A stretch of DNA of 64,000 nt, from NCBI GenBank assembly GCA_017560085.1, contig JAFYPA010000052.1, forward strand, positions 65,928 through 129,927, given 5' to 3'. Origin of the DNA: Clostridia bacterium (lineage in GTDB: Bacteria > Bacillota > Clostridia > Oscillospirales > CAG-382). Below are positions 1 through 7,728 of this stretch, piece after piece. Under the pieces are notes generated by a model. The model did not search any database. It saw only the letters and a program-made list of their open reading frames with translations, and was not told where the DNA came from. Both the position numbers and the translations under genes were made by a program. How positions within the stretch are numbered: the stretch's first letter is position 1; the number at the start of each line of letters is the position of its first letter.

Positions 1-2137
1 GCTCAAAGCATATTGACGGCATTCCCGTGCCGATAACCACAACGCCCGAAAGCTTATCTCCCACAAGGTCAATGCCCTCCGAGAAAAGACCTCCGCAGAC
101 CGCGAAGCCAACCAGGGTTTCCTCACCGTGCTTTTCGAAGGCTTCAAGGAATTCCGCTCTTTTTTCCTCGTCCATATTGCTCATTTGTGTCACAGTTCTG
201 ATTTCGGGATGGGCATCGGCAAAAACCTCAAGAACGCTTGTGAGGTATTTGAAGGACGGGAAGAAAACAAGGTAATTACCCGTTTTGCATTTTATTGCGG
301 AGTAGATTGTTTCGCAGACTCTTTCGTAGCTTCCCTCTCTGTCCTTAAGTCTTGTGGAAAGAGTGGTATACACCGCAACCAGCTGATTTTCGGGCTTGAA
401 GGGTGACGGAAGCCTTATGTATTTATCGGTATCCGCATTCATACAGAGAAGCTCTGTATAATAATCAAAGGGTGAAAAGGTTGCGGAGAAGTACACGGTG
501 CTCCTTATACTGTCGCATATTGCACGAAGAATAGGAGCGGGATTTGTGCAGGTATAATAAAGCACGGTTTCCTTGCCGTCCGTTTCGGCATACACACGGA
601 AGCATGACGGATGCGTGGTTGCGAGCTGTGTTATCTGAAGCATAAAGTTGCAGTCAAAGAAGGTTTCGAGAGTTTTTTCCTTCTCCTTTGCGTAGCCGTC
701 CTCTCCGAGAAAGCCCTTGTAATTGTCGCAGAGCTTTTCAAGGGCGTTTTCAAATTCAAGCCCCGCACTTATGCCTAAAATTCTTCTTTCCTCCTCGGCA
801 TCGAACATACTCTTACCGAGCTTTTTAAGGACATTCGCAAGAGAGGAAAAGCTTCGTCTTACCTTTTTGGGTGCTTCCTTGAGCTCCTTGTGTGCCTTTG
901 TAAGGGATGCTCTCGAAAGAATTGCTGTGTACATATCCCTTGCTCTGTCGGGAAGGTTATGTGCCTCGTCAACAAGTGCGATGTAGTCTCCGCCGACGGA
1001 GAAGTATCGCTGAAGATACGCCTGCGGGTCATAGAGGTGGTTATAGTCACCGACCACGCAGTCGCAGAAGTAGCTTGTATCAAGGGCGAGCTCGTGGGGG
1101 CATACGCAATGCTTTTCGGCGTATTCCGCTATTTTTTCGGGAGTAATAACGAATTCGTTGTTTATGATATCCCACAGAGCGTCGTTCATTCTGTCAAAGC
1201 AGGAGGCGGAATATTTGCAAAGGGACGGCATACAGTTGCCCTCGGAAAGACAGCTTTTGGTCTTGGCAGTGAGGACAAGGAGCCTTGTATAAAGTCCGCT
1301 CTCACGCATTTTTTCAACTGTTTCCGCCGCGACGGTTCTTTGCACGGCTTTGGCGGTGAGGTAGAAAATCTTCTCTCCCATATCCTCACCGAGCGCCTTA
1401 TATGCGGGGAACAACGATGATACTGTCTTGCCCGTTCCCGTGGGAGCCTGAGCGAAAAGTGCCGAGCTGTCACGAACGGAGCGGTACACCGCACCGCAGA
1501 GCTCTCTCTGTCCCTTGCGGTAGCTTCCGAAGGGGAATTTCAGATTGGCGATGGATTCGTTTCTCTTTTTTCTGTGCTCATAAATGAAGGTTATCCACGG
1601 AAGAAGCTCATCGCACATTTCGTTGAACCTTTCCGTAGCAAAGGAAAAATCAATTCTTTTTTCAAGTATATTGGTTTCCTCGCTGTCGCAGTTGTGGTAA
1701 ATGAGCCGAATAACCGCACTACGCTTCCCCGACAGCTTCATATACATATAGGCATAGCAATAAAGCTGAAGATCATAAACGGGTATACTTCCGAAGTCAA
1801 GCGAGGACACCTTTTTAGAGGTGGTTTTAATCTCATCGATAACCACATTCTCACCCGGCACGCCCTCGGAAATACCGTCAGCTATACCCACAAGGTTCAG
1901 AACAAAGGGCGAATCCCCCATTCTTTCCTCAATACAAAGCCGATATTCCGGATTGTAAAGCTTCAACAGCGTACTTTGCGCCTTCTGAAACTCCCGATGG
2001 AATTTCACGCCCTTCTTCATCTTTTCCACAGGCACAGACGCCACCCCAACATAAGCATCCCCGCTCCTGCGAAGAAACTCACATATTTCACGGACAGATG
2101 TATTAACATATCCGTCGTCGCGGATGTCAAAAAGCAT
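1..2137 (-). CDS. XPD/DinG-family Fe-S DNA helicase with N-terminal PD-(D/E)xK (Cas4/AddB-like) nuclease domain; C-terminus lies beyond the window edge
   Basis: Absent from the ORF track because it has no in-window stop. My translation of the minus strand from ATG 2137 (SD AAAGGTGGTG upstream) stays open to base 1 and begins MLFDIRDDGYVNTSVREICEF. Nuclease-like motifs VIDEIKTT and QLYCYAYMY are present. Walker A is AQAPTGTGKT. There is a Cys cluster CLSEGNCMPSLCKYSASC plus CVCPHE, and a DEAH box LVDEAHNL. Confidence 0.75.
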   Translation of the reverse strand, partial: MLFDIRDDGYVNTSVREICEFLRRSGDAYVGVASVPVEKMKKGVKFHREFQKAQSTLLKLYNPEYRLCIEERMGDSPFVLNLVGIADGISEGVPGENVVIDEIKTTSKKVSSLDFGSIPVYDLQLYCYAYMYMKLSGKRSAVIRLIYHNCDSEETNILEKRIDFSFATERFNEMCDELLPWITFIYEHRKKRNESIANLKFPFGSYRKGQRELCGAVYRSVRDSSALFAQAPTGTGKTVSSLFPAYKALGEDMGEKIFYLTAKAVQRTVAAETVEKMRESGLYTRLLVLTAKTKSCLSEGNCMPSLCKYSASCFDRMNDALWDIINNEFVITPEKIAEYAEKHCVCPHELALDTSYFCDCVVGDYNHLYDPQAYLQRYFSVGGDYIALVDEAHNLPDRARDMYTAILSRASLTKAHKELKEAPKKVRRSFSSLANVLKKLGKSMFDAEEERRILGISAGLEFENALEKLCDNYKGFLGEDGYAKEKEKTLETFFDCNFMLQITQLATTHPSCFRVYAETDGKETVLYYTCTNPAPILRAICDSIRSTVYFSATFSPFDYYTELLCMNADTDKYIRLPSPFKPENQLVAVYTTLSTRLKDREGSYERVCETIYSAIKCKTGNYLVFFPSFKYLTSVLEVFADAHPEIRTVTQMSNMDEEKRAEFLEAFEKHGEETLVGFAVCGGLFSEGIDLVGDKLSGVVVIGTGMPSICFE

Positions 2138-2624
2138 AAAACACCACCTTTCTTTTTTACGGGAGGCCTCCGGCGGCTCGCTTTTGGGAAAAGCGAGACC
2201 AAAACTTTAAATGTTATGCAGGGCTCGCTTTCCGCTCCCCCTGCATGGGTTTTGTTTTTTTGTTGCCAACTTTAACCTGTTGCATTCCGTTCTGCCTAGG
2301 TTAAAGGGCAACCGAATACCGAACAAGCGAACTTTAACAACCCACGGTCGGCTTGTAGATGTGTTTTAATTTATATCTCATTTTCGTTTTCCCCGCCTGC
2401 GACGATGCCGTGGGTTGGCATCGTTGCACGGAATACACTTGCCTTTTATCATAGCAGAACGGTAAGCAACTCGATACCCACAGCAACTCCTAACTCTAAC
2501 CCCGGCGCAAGGAGAGAAAGACCTCCAAGACCGCTTGCGGTCTTCGCGGTCTTGACGAGTGAAGCCAATATATTCAAGTTCTTGCGGAGCTTCTTTCAAG
2601 AAGCGACTCGCCGAAGGCCTCTCG
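2138..2624 (-). other. 487-nt non-coding, hairpin-dense spacer (candidate structured leader or ncRNA) between two helicase genes
   Basis: No credible ORF; the two track ORFs here are Arg/Pro-rich junk. At least six stem-loops are readable: 2177-2197, 2216-2246, 2262-2312, 2403-2423, 2527-2544 and 2589-2604. There is no hairpin plus U-run on the minus (gene) strand. Confidence 0.35.
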
Positions 2625-4775
2625 TTAAAGAAGCTCAATCAGCTCCGAAACCTTTTTGGCGTTCATGCGGTCACCGGCGTAGGCTTTTTGGAGGAGGGGC
2701 TTTGGGACGAGGTAGTCGTATTTTTCGGTGAAGCAGCCCTCGGAGTCGTCGATGAGGGAGATGTTTTTGGATTCGTCGACGTAGCGGGCGGCACGCATAA
2801 GGGTCAGGAATTCGTCAATGTCTTTGTCCTCGAGATGGAGAGAGAGAACGTAGGGGTTTTCTATTACTGTCCTTGAGGTTACTATACCGCCTGTGGTCTT
2901 GCGGATGAAACGGCAGAGAGTGTTCATCGCACTGCTTCCGAACCAGGGGAGAATTATATATAAATCGTCGTCGAGCTTGTGCATCGGATAGTCGAGAAGA
3001 CCGTTGTCCTTGGCGAGCTTTCTTGCACTTGTCAGAACTCTTGCGGCATTTTTGCCGAGATAGGGGTAAATTTCGTCCTCGGAGAGAATCTTTTTGACAT
3101 ATTCGGCTATCTTGTCGTCTATGCCCGTCAGACTTCCGCGCCAGAAGGAGGAAAGCTTGCCCTTGGCGGCTCTTGCGTAGATTATTCTCTGCTCGCTGTC
3201 AAGCCGCTCGCATATCCATACCCTGCCCGCAAGACTGAACTTTCCGCCGGGACTTACCGCCTCGGGGATTTCACCTATCTCCTTGCCGTCCTCGTCTCTT
3301 ACCGTGTAGTTTACCTCTTCCTTGAATACAGCGTAGAACTTGAAGGAGTTTATCATCTTCTCCGCTCCGAGACCGAGAATTACCTTGCCGTCATCACATC
3401 TGTCTATGTTTCCTTTGGCGTACAGATGCGAAAGCAGAAGCTTGTAGTCCTCGCTTGAAATTCCCGAAAAGGGCGCAAGAGTGAGCACCGTTCTTGCAAG
3501 CTCGGGAAGTGAAAGTCCCTCTATACTCGATGCAAGCACGGATAAGGTCTGATGGGCAAGAAGACTGTATGGGTACTTCTTCTCCTTCGCAGACTCAACA
3601 AAGCGCTCACGTCTGTAAAGCTCAACTATCGCTATTCCCTGCAAAAGCTCGAAGGGTAGAATGTCGTATCTGTCGGCGTTGTCCTTTTCGCTCTCGTATG
3701 TGAAAACGGAAAGCATCTCGGGTGTGTTGCCTCGTCGTCCCGAGCGTCCGAGCCTCTGAAGAAAGCTTGATACCGTGTTGGGCGTGCCGAGACTGACCAC
3801 TCTTTCAAGTCTGCCGATGTCTATACCCAATTCAAGGGTGGATGTAGCACATACTACCGTGTGCCTTGACGGACTCTTGAGTGCCTTTTCAGCATCGTGT
3901 CGGAGAGATGCGGATATATTTCCGTGGTGAATGAAAATGTCGCCGTTGTCGTGCCTTTTGGCGGATATGTCACGCAGAGAGGCGGTGATTTTTTCCGTTT
4001 CCTCACGGCTGTTGGAAAACACAAGGGAGTTCTTCTTTTTTACGGCATCGTATATGAATTCGTCCCTTGCGTGTATGTCCTCAAAGTATTCGTACAGAAG
4101 CGAAACATCAAGCTTTTCACCGCCGAAGCTCGGGCAGACCGTGCTTCTGTCGTTGCACTTGGACAGCATTCTGCAGGCACTTTCCGTGCTTCCCACCGTT
4201 GCGGAAAGACCCACAAGGCGAGGATTCACCTCTGCGATTTTCATTATTCTGGATATCTGACAGAGCACCTGTCCGCCTCTGTCCGTGCCAAGAAGGGCGT
4301 GAAGCTCGTCTATTACTACGAACTTCAGATTCCTGAATATATTTCTTATCTTCGTGCCGTGGCAGATAAGCAGGCTCTCAAGGGATTCGGGGGTTATCTG
4401 AAGTATTCCCGAGGGGGACTCGGTGAACTCCTCCTTGTTCCTTGAGGATACGTCACCGTGACGGTGATATACGCTTATGCCCGCGGACTTGCAAAGATAG
4501 GTTATACGCTCGAACTGGTCGTTTATAAGAGCCTTGAGCGGAGCTATATAAAGAACACTTACTCCGTCCTTCGGCATTTTTTCTATTTGCGTAAGTATGG
4601 GAAAGAACGCCGCTTCCGTTTTTCCCGAGCTTGTGCCGCAGGATAAAAGCAGATTGTCCTTTGTGTCAAGTATTACGCCTATCGCCTCATTCTGTACGGG
4701 GCGAAGTCCCTGCCAGCCGTTTCGGAATACATATTCCTTTATAAACGGGGCAAGCCTTGTTGAATTATCCTGCAT
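2625..4775 (-). CDS. Lhr-like DExH-box superfamily-2 helicase (helicase component of a Shango-type TerB/ATPase/helicase module)
   Basis: Start moved to ATG 4775 (MQDNSTRL, SD GAAAGGA 5 nt upstream); the 10 extra codons of the track ORF read into the heptamer array. SF2 motifs: I GTSSGKTEAAF, II VIDELHAL, III LSATVG, VI LQRLGRSGRRG. There is a long C-terminal extension after the two RecA-like domains. Confidence 0.8.
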   Translation of the reverse strand: MQDNSTRLAPFIKEYVFRNGWQGLRPVQNEAIGVILDTKDNLLLSCGTSSGKTEAAFFPILTQIEKMPKDGVSVLYIAPLKALINDQFERITYLCKSAGISVYHRHGDVSSRNKEEFTESPSGILQITPESLESLLICHGTKIRNIFRNLKFVVIDELHALLGTDRGGQVLCQISRIMKIAEVNPRLVGLSATVGSTESACRMLSKCNDRSTVCPSFGGEKLDVSLLYEYFEDIHARDEFIYDAVKKKNSLVFSNSREETEKITASLRDISAKRHDNGDIFIHHGNISASLRHDAEKALKSPSRHTVVCATSTLELGIDIGRLERVVSLGTPNTVSSFLQRLGRSGRRGNTPEMLSVFTYESEKDNADRYDILPFELLQGIAIVELYRRERFVESAKEKKYPYSLLAHQTLSVLASSIEGLSLPELARTVLTLAPFSGISSEDYKLLLSHLYAKGNIDRCDDGKVILGLGAEKMINSFKFYAVFKEEVNYTVRDEDGKEIGEIPEAVSPGGKFSLAGRVWICERLDSEQRIIYARAAKGKLSSFWRGSLTGIDDKIAEYVKKILSEDEIYPYLGKNAARVLTSARKLAKDNGLLDYPMHKLDDDLYIILPWFGSSAMNTLCRFIRKTTGGIVTSRTVIENPYVLSLHLEDKDIDEFLTLMRAARYVDESKNISLIDDSEGCFTEKYDYLVPKPLLQKAYAGDRMNAKKVSELIELL

Positions 4776-4790
4776 GGTTGTCCTTTCAGA

Positions 4791-4822
4791 AAATGCAAAA
4801 TGCAAGGTGCAAAATGCAAAAT
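4791..4822 (-). repeat. Tandem heptamer array, 4.5 copies (mRNA strand UUUUGCA UUUUGCA CCUUGCA UUUUGCA UUUU)
   Basis: The plus strand reads AAATGCA AAATGCA AGGTGCA AAATGCA AAAT. It fills the spacer between the TAA of the ATPase gene (4822-4824) and the SD of the helicase gene. Confidence 0.9.
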
Positions 4823-6162
4823 TAGAGCTCGAATTTTGAGAATGCGGAGTCGAATTCGTCTGCGGTGTCCTCCGATTCGCTTGTTGCCTTTTCCGCCTCT
4901 GCCTTTATGAGGGTTTCAAAGGATGCGTCGGGATTCTGCATAAGAATGTTGAGCACGGAAAGGAAGTCTCTTATTACCTCTCTGGGTGTAAGAAGGCTGT
5001 CCGAGCCCATTCTTTCGCTGTAGATTTTGAGGAAGCGGAGCTTTTCCTCGTCGGTGGTTCTGATGTCGCACTTGTAGTAGAGGTTGTGCACCGTTTCAAG
5101 CTTTCCCACGAGGGCAAAAAGCTCGTCGCCCGTGAGCCTTGAAAGTCTTATTACGGGAGTGATGAAGTTCTTGAGGCTTTCGTTTTCCGATATTCCGAAG
5201 CGCGAGTCGGAAAGTCTTGAGCGGAGTGCCTCGTAGCTGTAGAGGCCTCTGTTTTTGTCCTCAAGGAATTCGGGTGTGCCGCCGAAGTATATGCCGAGTC
5301 CCTCTGCCTTGCCCTGCATTGTGTCGTTGAACATGGAAAGTATCTTTTCGTAGTTGTTCTCACGGGAGACACGGTTGGGGATTTTGTAGAGGTTTACGCA
5401 TTCGTCAAGGTATACTATAAGTCCCTTGTAGCCAAGCTTTCGTACAAACAGAGCCATAAGCTTTATATAGTCGTACCAGTTTTCGTCGTTGATTACCGAG
5501 GCAACACCGAGCTCTGTTCTTGCCTCAAGCTTTGTGGAGTATTCGCCGCGGAGCCACTTGAGAGATGCACCGAGAAGTGCCTCGTCTCCCGTGGAATAGC
5601 CCTCGTAATAGCTCCAGATGACCTTTGCAAAGTCAAAGCCGTTTACAAGGCACTCAAGCTCGGAGCAGACCTTGAATATTTCCGCTCTTACGAATTTTGT
5701 AAACTCCTCCGAGTCGGGCTCGATTCCTTCGGAAACCGCATTTGTTCCGACGCCTCCGAGCCATCTTGCGAGAATCCCCGCAAGAGCACCGCCGTCGGGC
5801 GAGGACTTGCAGGCGAGATTCTTTATAAGCTCACGGTAGGTTGCAAGACCCTGATTTCTTGTACCCGCAAGTCTTCTCTCGGGAGAAAGGTCCGCACTTG
5901 CCGTGACAAAGCCCTCGGAGAGTGCGTGGTTTTCTATAAGGCGAAGAAGAAAGCTTTTACCGCTTCCGTATCTGCCCACGATGAATTTCACCGCACACAT
6001 TCCGTCCGCTATGTCCTCAAGGTCACGGAGAAGTGCCGAAAGCTCGTCGTTTCTTCCTATTGCGATATATTCAAGTCCGCTTCTCGGAACTACGCCCGCA
6101 CCTATAGAATTGAGAAGTATACCGAGTACACGTCTTGAAATTTTTACATTGTTGTCTGTCAT
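4822..6162 (-). CDS. DUF2791 / BrxC-BrxD-type P-loop ATPase (ATPase component of the Shango-type module)
   Basis: Start moved to ATG 6162 (SD GGAGGTG 8 nt upstream), 2 nt after the TGA of the upstream gene. N-terminal GAGVVPRSGLEYIAIGRNDEL, Walker A GRYGSGKS and Walker B LIVYLDEC match my memory of this family. Confidence 0.75.
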   Translation of the reverse strand: MTDNNVKISRRVLGILLNSIGAGVVPRSGLEYIAIGRNDELSALLRDLEDIADGMCAVKFIVGRYGSGKSFLLRLIENHALSEGFVTASADLSPERRLAGTRNQGLATYRELIKNLACKSSPDGGALAGILARWLGGVGTNAVSEGIEPDSEEFTKFVRAEIFKVCSELECLVNGFDFAKVIWSYYEGYSTGDEALLGASLKWLRGEYSTKLEARTELGVASVINDENWYDYIKLMALFVRKLGYKGLIVYLDECVNLYKIPNRVSRENNYEKILSMFNDTMQGKAEGLGIYFGGTPEFLEDKNRGLYSYEALRSRLSDSRFGISENESLKNFITPVIRLSRLTGDELFALVGKLETVHNLYYKCDIRTTDEEKLRFLKIYSERMGSDSLLTPREVIRDFLSVLNILMQNPDASFETLIKAEAEKATSESEDTADEFDSAFSKFEL

Positions 6163-6164
6163 AT

Positions 6165-7562
6165 TCAAAGCACCTCCGTGTCGTAAAGCTCACTAAATAT
6201 TTCTTTAAGCTCGTCGCTGTAATCTTCCAAAAAAACAAAATCCTCTATTATGATATCGCCGTATGTGTCCGACGATTTTTCGTTTATTGCATCAATATAT
6301 CCTTGCGCCATACCGCCACGCTTTTTCGAGAAGGCGTTTACGTCAAGACCCTTCGACATAGCACAAAGGAATTGCTTTTCTGCTTCGGTAAGGCTTGCAA
6401 AGAAGTCCTGCCAGTCCTCGGGGATATCGGTGTTTACGGTTGTTTGTCCGTTATCCGTCGGAGCATCGAGCGGTGTTTCCGCTTCTACCGCTTCCTCGGT
6501 GCCACCGTAGACGGATTCCACACTGAAGCTTATATCGTTTCCGCCGTAATCCGCACCTAAAAGCTCTGCGATTTTCCAGGATTCCGCCTCAAGTCTTTTT
6601 GCCTTGGCGAAGTCTATATCAAGGCTTATCGGCTCGAAGCTTGCCTTTTCCGCCTCCGCCTTTTCACGGCGAAGCTGCTCCTTCTTGGGCGAGGGCTTTC
6701 GTCCAACCTTTGCGGGCATCGGCAGAAAATCGGGTATGGCATCTCTTATCGCATCGGAGCAGACTCTTCTGTACTCGGAGGACAGAGTAAAGCCGACGAT
6801 TTTGGATTTTGCGCCAAGTCCCAGTCTTACAAGGTTGTCGGTATGCTTCAGCACCGCGGTTATGAAGGTGCGAAGCTCTGTATTGTCGGAATAGGGCAGA
6901 TATGTCACGGTGATTTTTGCGGGGCATCCGCTTGTACAAGGGAGTCCCATAAACGCCGTTCGTTCGGTTGTCACGGGCTCGGGAAGGAAGAAGCCTCTTC
7001 CCCGCTCCCCGAGTGCCGCGGACAGTGCCTTCGGGATTACTGCGAGCACCGCCCTTCGGTAAAGCTCTTGGTTCTTTTCGAAGCAGGGTGATTTTCGGAT
7101 ATCGTACTCGGAAAGATACTGCAGTGCATTTTCGAGAGTGCTCTCAAGCTCCGAGGCATCCCTTTTGAAAAATACGTTTACAAGCTCTCCGACCGCAAAA
7201 TCCGAAACGAGGAACGCCTCCCCCGCACCGATTTGCGAAAGCTCGGATATTTTTCCGACATTGCCCGTCACAAGGCAAAGGTCGCATATCCATTCGCCGA
7301 GAAGTATGGCGAGAATCCGACTGTTTTTTCTGCAAAGCGTGTAAAGCTCCGAAAGCTCACGGAATGCGCAGTCGAATTCCGTCCCGCCCTTTATTGCGGA
7401 TTCTGTAATTTCTGCGATGCGGTACACCAAAGGCACGGAGAATGCTTCGAGCTCGGACGCATCCCGCTCGTCTGTACCCTTACGGAAAGCACTATAGCCG
7501 TGCTTTGACGGTGTTATGTAAACATCCGTGACTGTTCCGTTTGCCCTGTTCTTTTCGTCCAT
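6165..7562 (-). CDS. TerB-N/TerB-C-like protein (first gene of the Shango-type module)
   Basis: 465-aa ORF with SD AAGGGGGAG. It has a Lys/Glu-rich linker. The acidic C-terminal segment GYIDAINEKSSDTYGDIIIEDFVFLEDY resembles the TerB-C motif (INE..D..GD.L.E). Assignment rests on that motif plus the conserved gene neighbourhood. Confidence 0.55.
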   Translation of the reverse strand: MDEKNRANGTVTDVYITPSKHGYSAFRKGTDERDASELEAFSVPLVYRIAEITESAIKGGTEFDCAFRELSELYTLCRKNSRILAILLGEWICDLCLVTGNVGKISELSQIGAGEAFLVSDFAVGELVNVFFKRDASELESTLENALQYLSEYDIRKSPCFEKNQELYRRAVLAVIPKALSAALGERGRGFFLPEPVTTERTAFMGLPCTSGCPAKITVTYLPYSDNTELRTFITAVLKHTDNLVRLGLGAKSKIVGFTLSSEYRRVCSDAIRDAIPDFLPMPAKVGRKPSPKKEQLRREKAEAEKASFEPISLDIDFAKAKRLEAESWKIAELLGADYGGNDISFSVESVYGGTEEAVEAETPLDAPTDNGQTTVNTDIPEDWQDFFASLTEAEKQFLCAMSKGLDVNAFSKKRGGMAQGYIDAINEKSSDTYGDIIIEDFVFLEDYSDELKEIFSELYDTEVL

Positions 7563-7598
7563 AATGCTCCCCCTTTTTTATTATTTCGGTAATATATA

Positions 7599-7627
7599 AT
7601 TTTACTCCGTTTTTTTCTTTTCGTCAA
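7599..7627 (-). promoter_or_regulatory. Sigma-A-type promoter for the TerB/ATPase/helicase operon
   Basis: The minus strand reads TTGACG (7627-7622), 17 nt, TAAAAT (7604-7599), about 35 nt upstream of ATG 7562. Confidence 0.5.
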
Positions 7628-7688
7628 GGGATTTTACACGGAAAGCTCAAATATTAAATATAAAGTAACAATTTCAGCGGTAAACGGC

Positions 7689-7719
7689 AAAAAAACGGTG
7701 CACCCGTAAGGTACACCGT
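7689..7719 (-). terminator. Intrinsic terminator of the ABC exporter operon (readable in both directions)
   Basis: 10-bp stem ACGGTGCACC/GGTACACCGT with a 5-nt loop, flanked by an A-run (7689-7695) and a T-run (7722-7727). It starts 10 nt after the TGA at 7729-7731. Confidence 0.7.
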
Positions 7720-7728
7720 GATTTTTTA

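Noticed and set aside
890-2275. Plus-strand ORFs 890-1420, 1574-2275 and smaller ones at the left edge
   Set aside because: They are antisense to the continuous minus-strand nuclease-XPD/DinG helicase frame, which carries Walker A, a Fe-S cluster and a DEAH box. The plus-strand translations have no recognisable motifs.
2138-2624. Identity of the spacer as RNase P RNA, tmRNA, 6S/SRP RNA, a T-box or common riboswitch, a group II intron, or a ToxI-like repeat antitoxin
   Set aside because: I could not find the diagnostic strings: GGAAAGTCC-type P4 (RNase P), a tRNA-like CCA end or tag ORF (tmRNA), T-box AGAGA...TGGNACC, the intron 5' GTGYG or domain V, or any tandem repeats. It is left as unassigned structured RNA.
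2378-2731. ORFs 2378-2638 (-) and 2405-2731 (+) inside the long spacer
   Set aside because: They have non-ATG starts and no SD, and give Arg/Pro/Ser-rich peptides. One overlaps the helicase stop. They are better explained as chance frames in GC-rich hairpin sequence.
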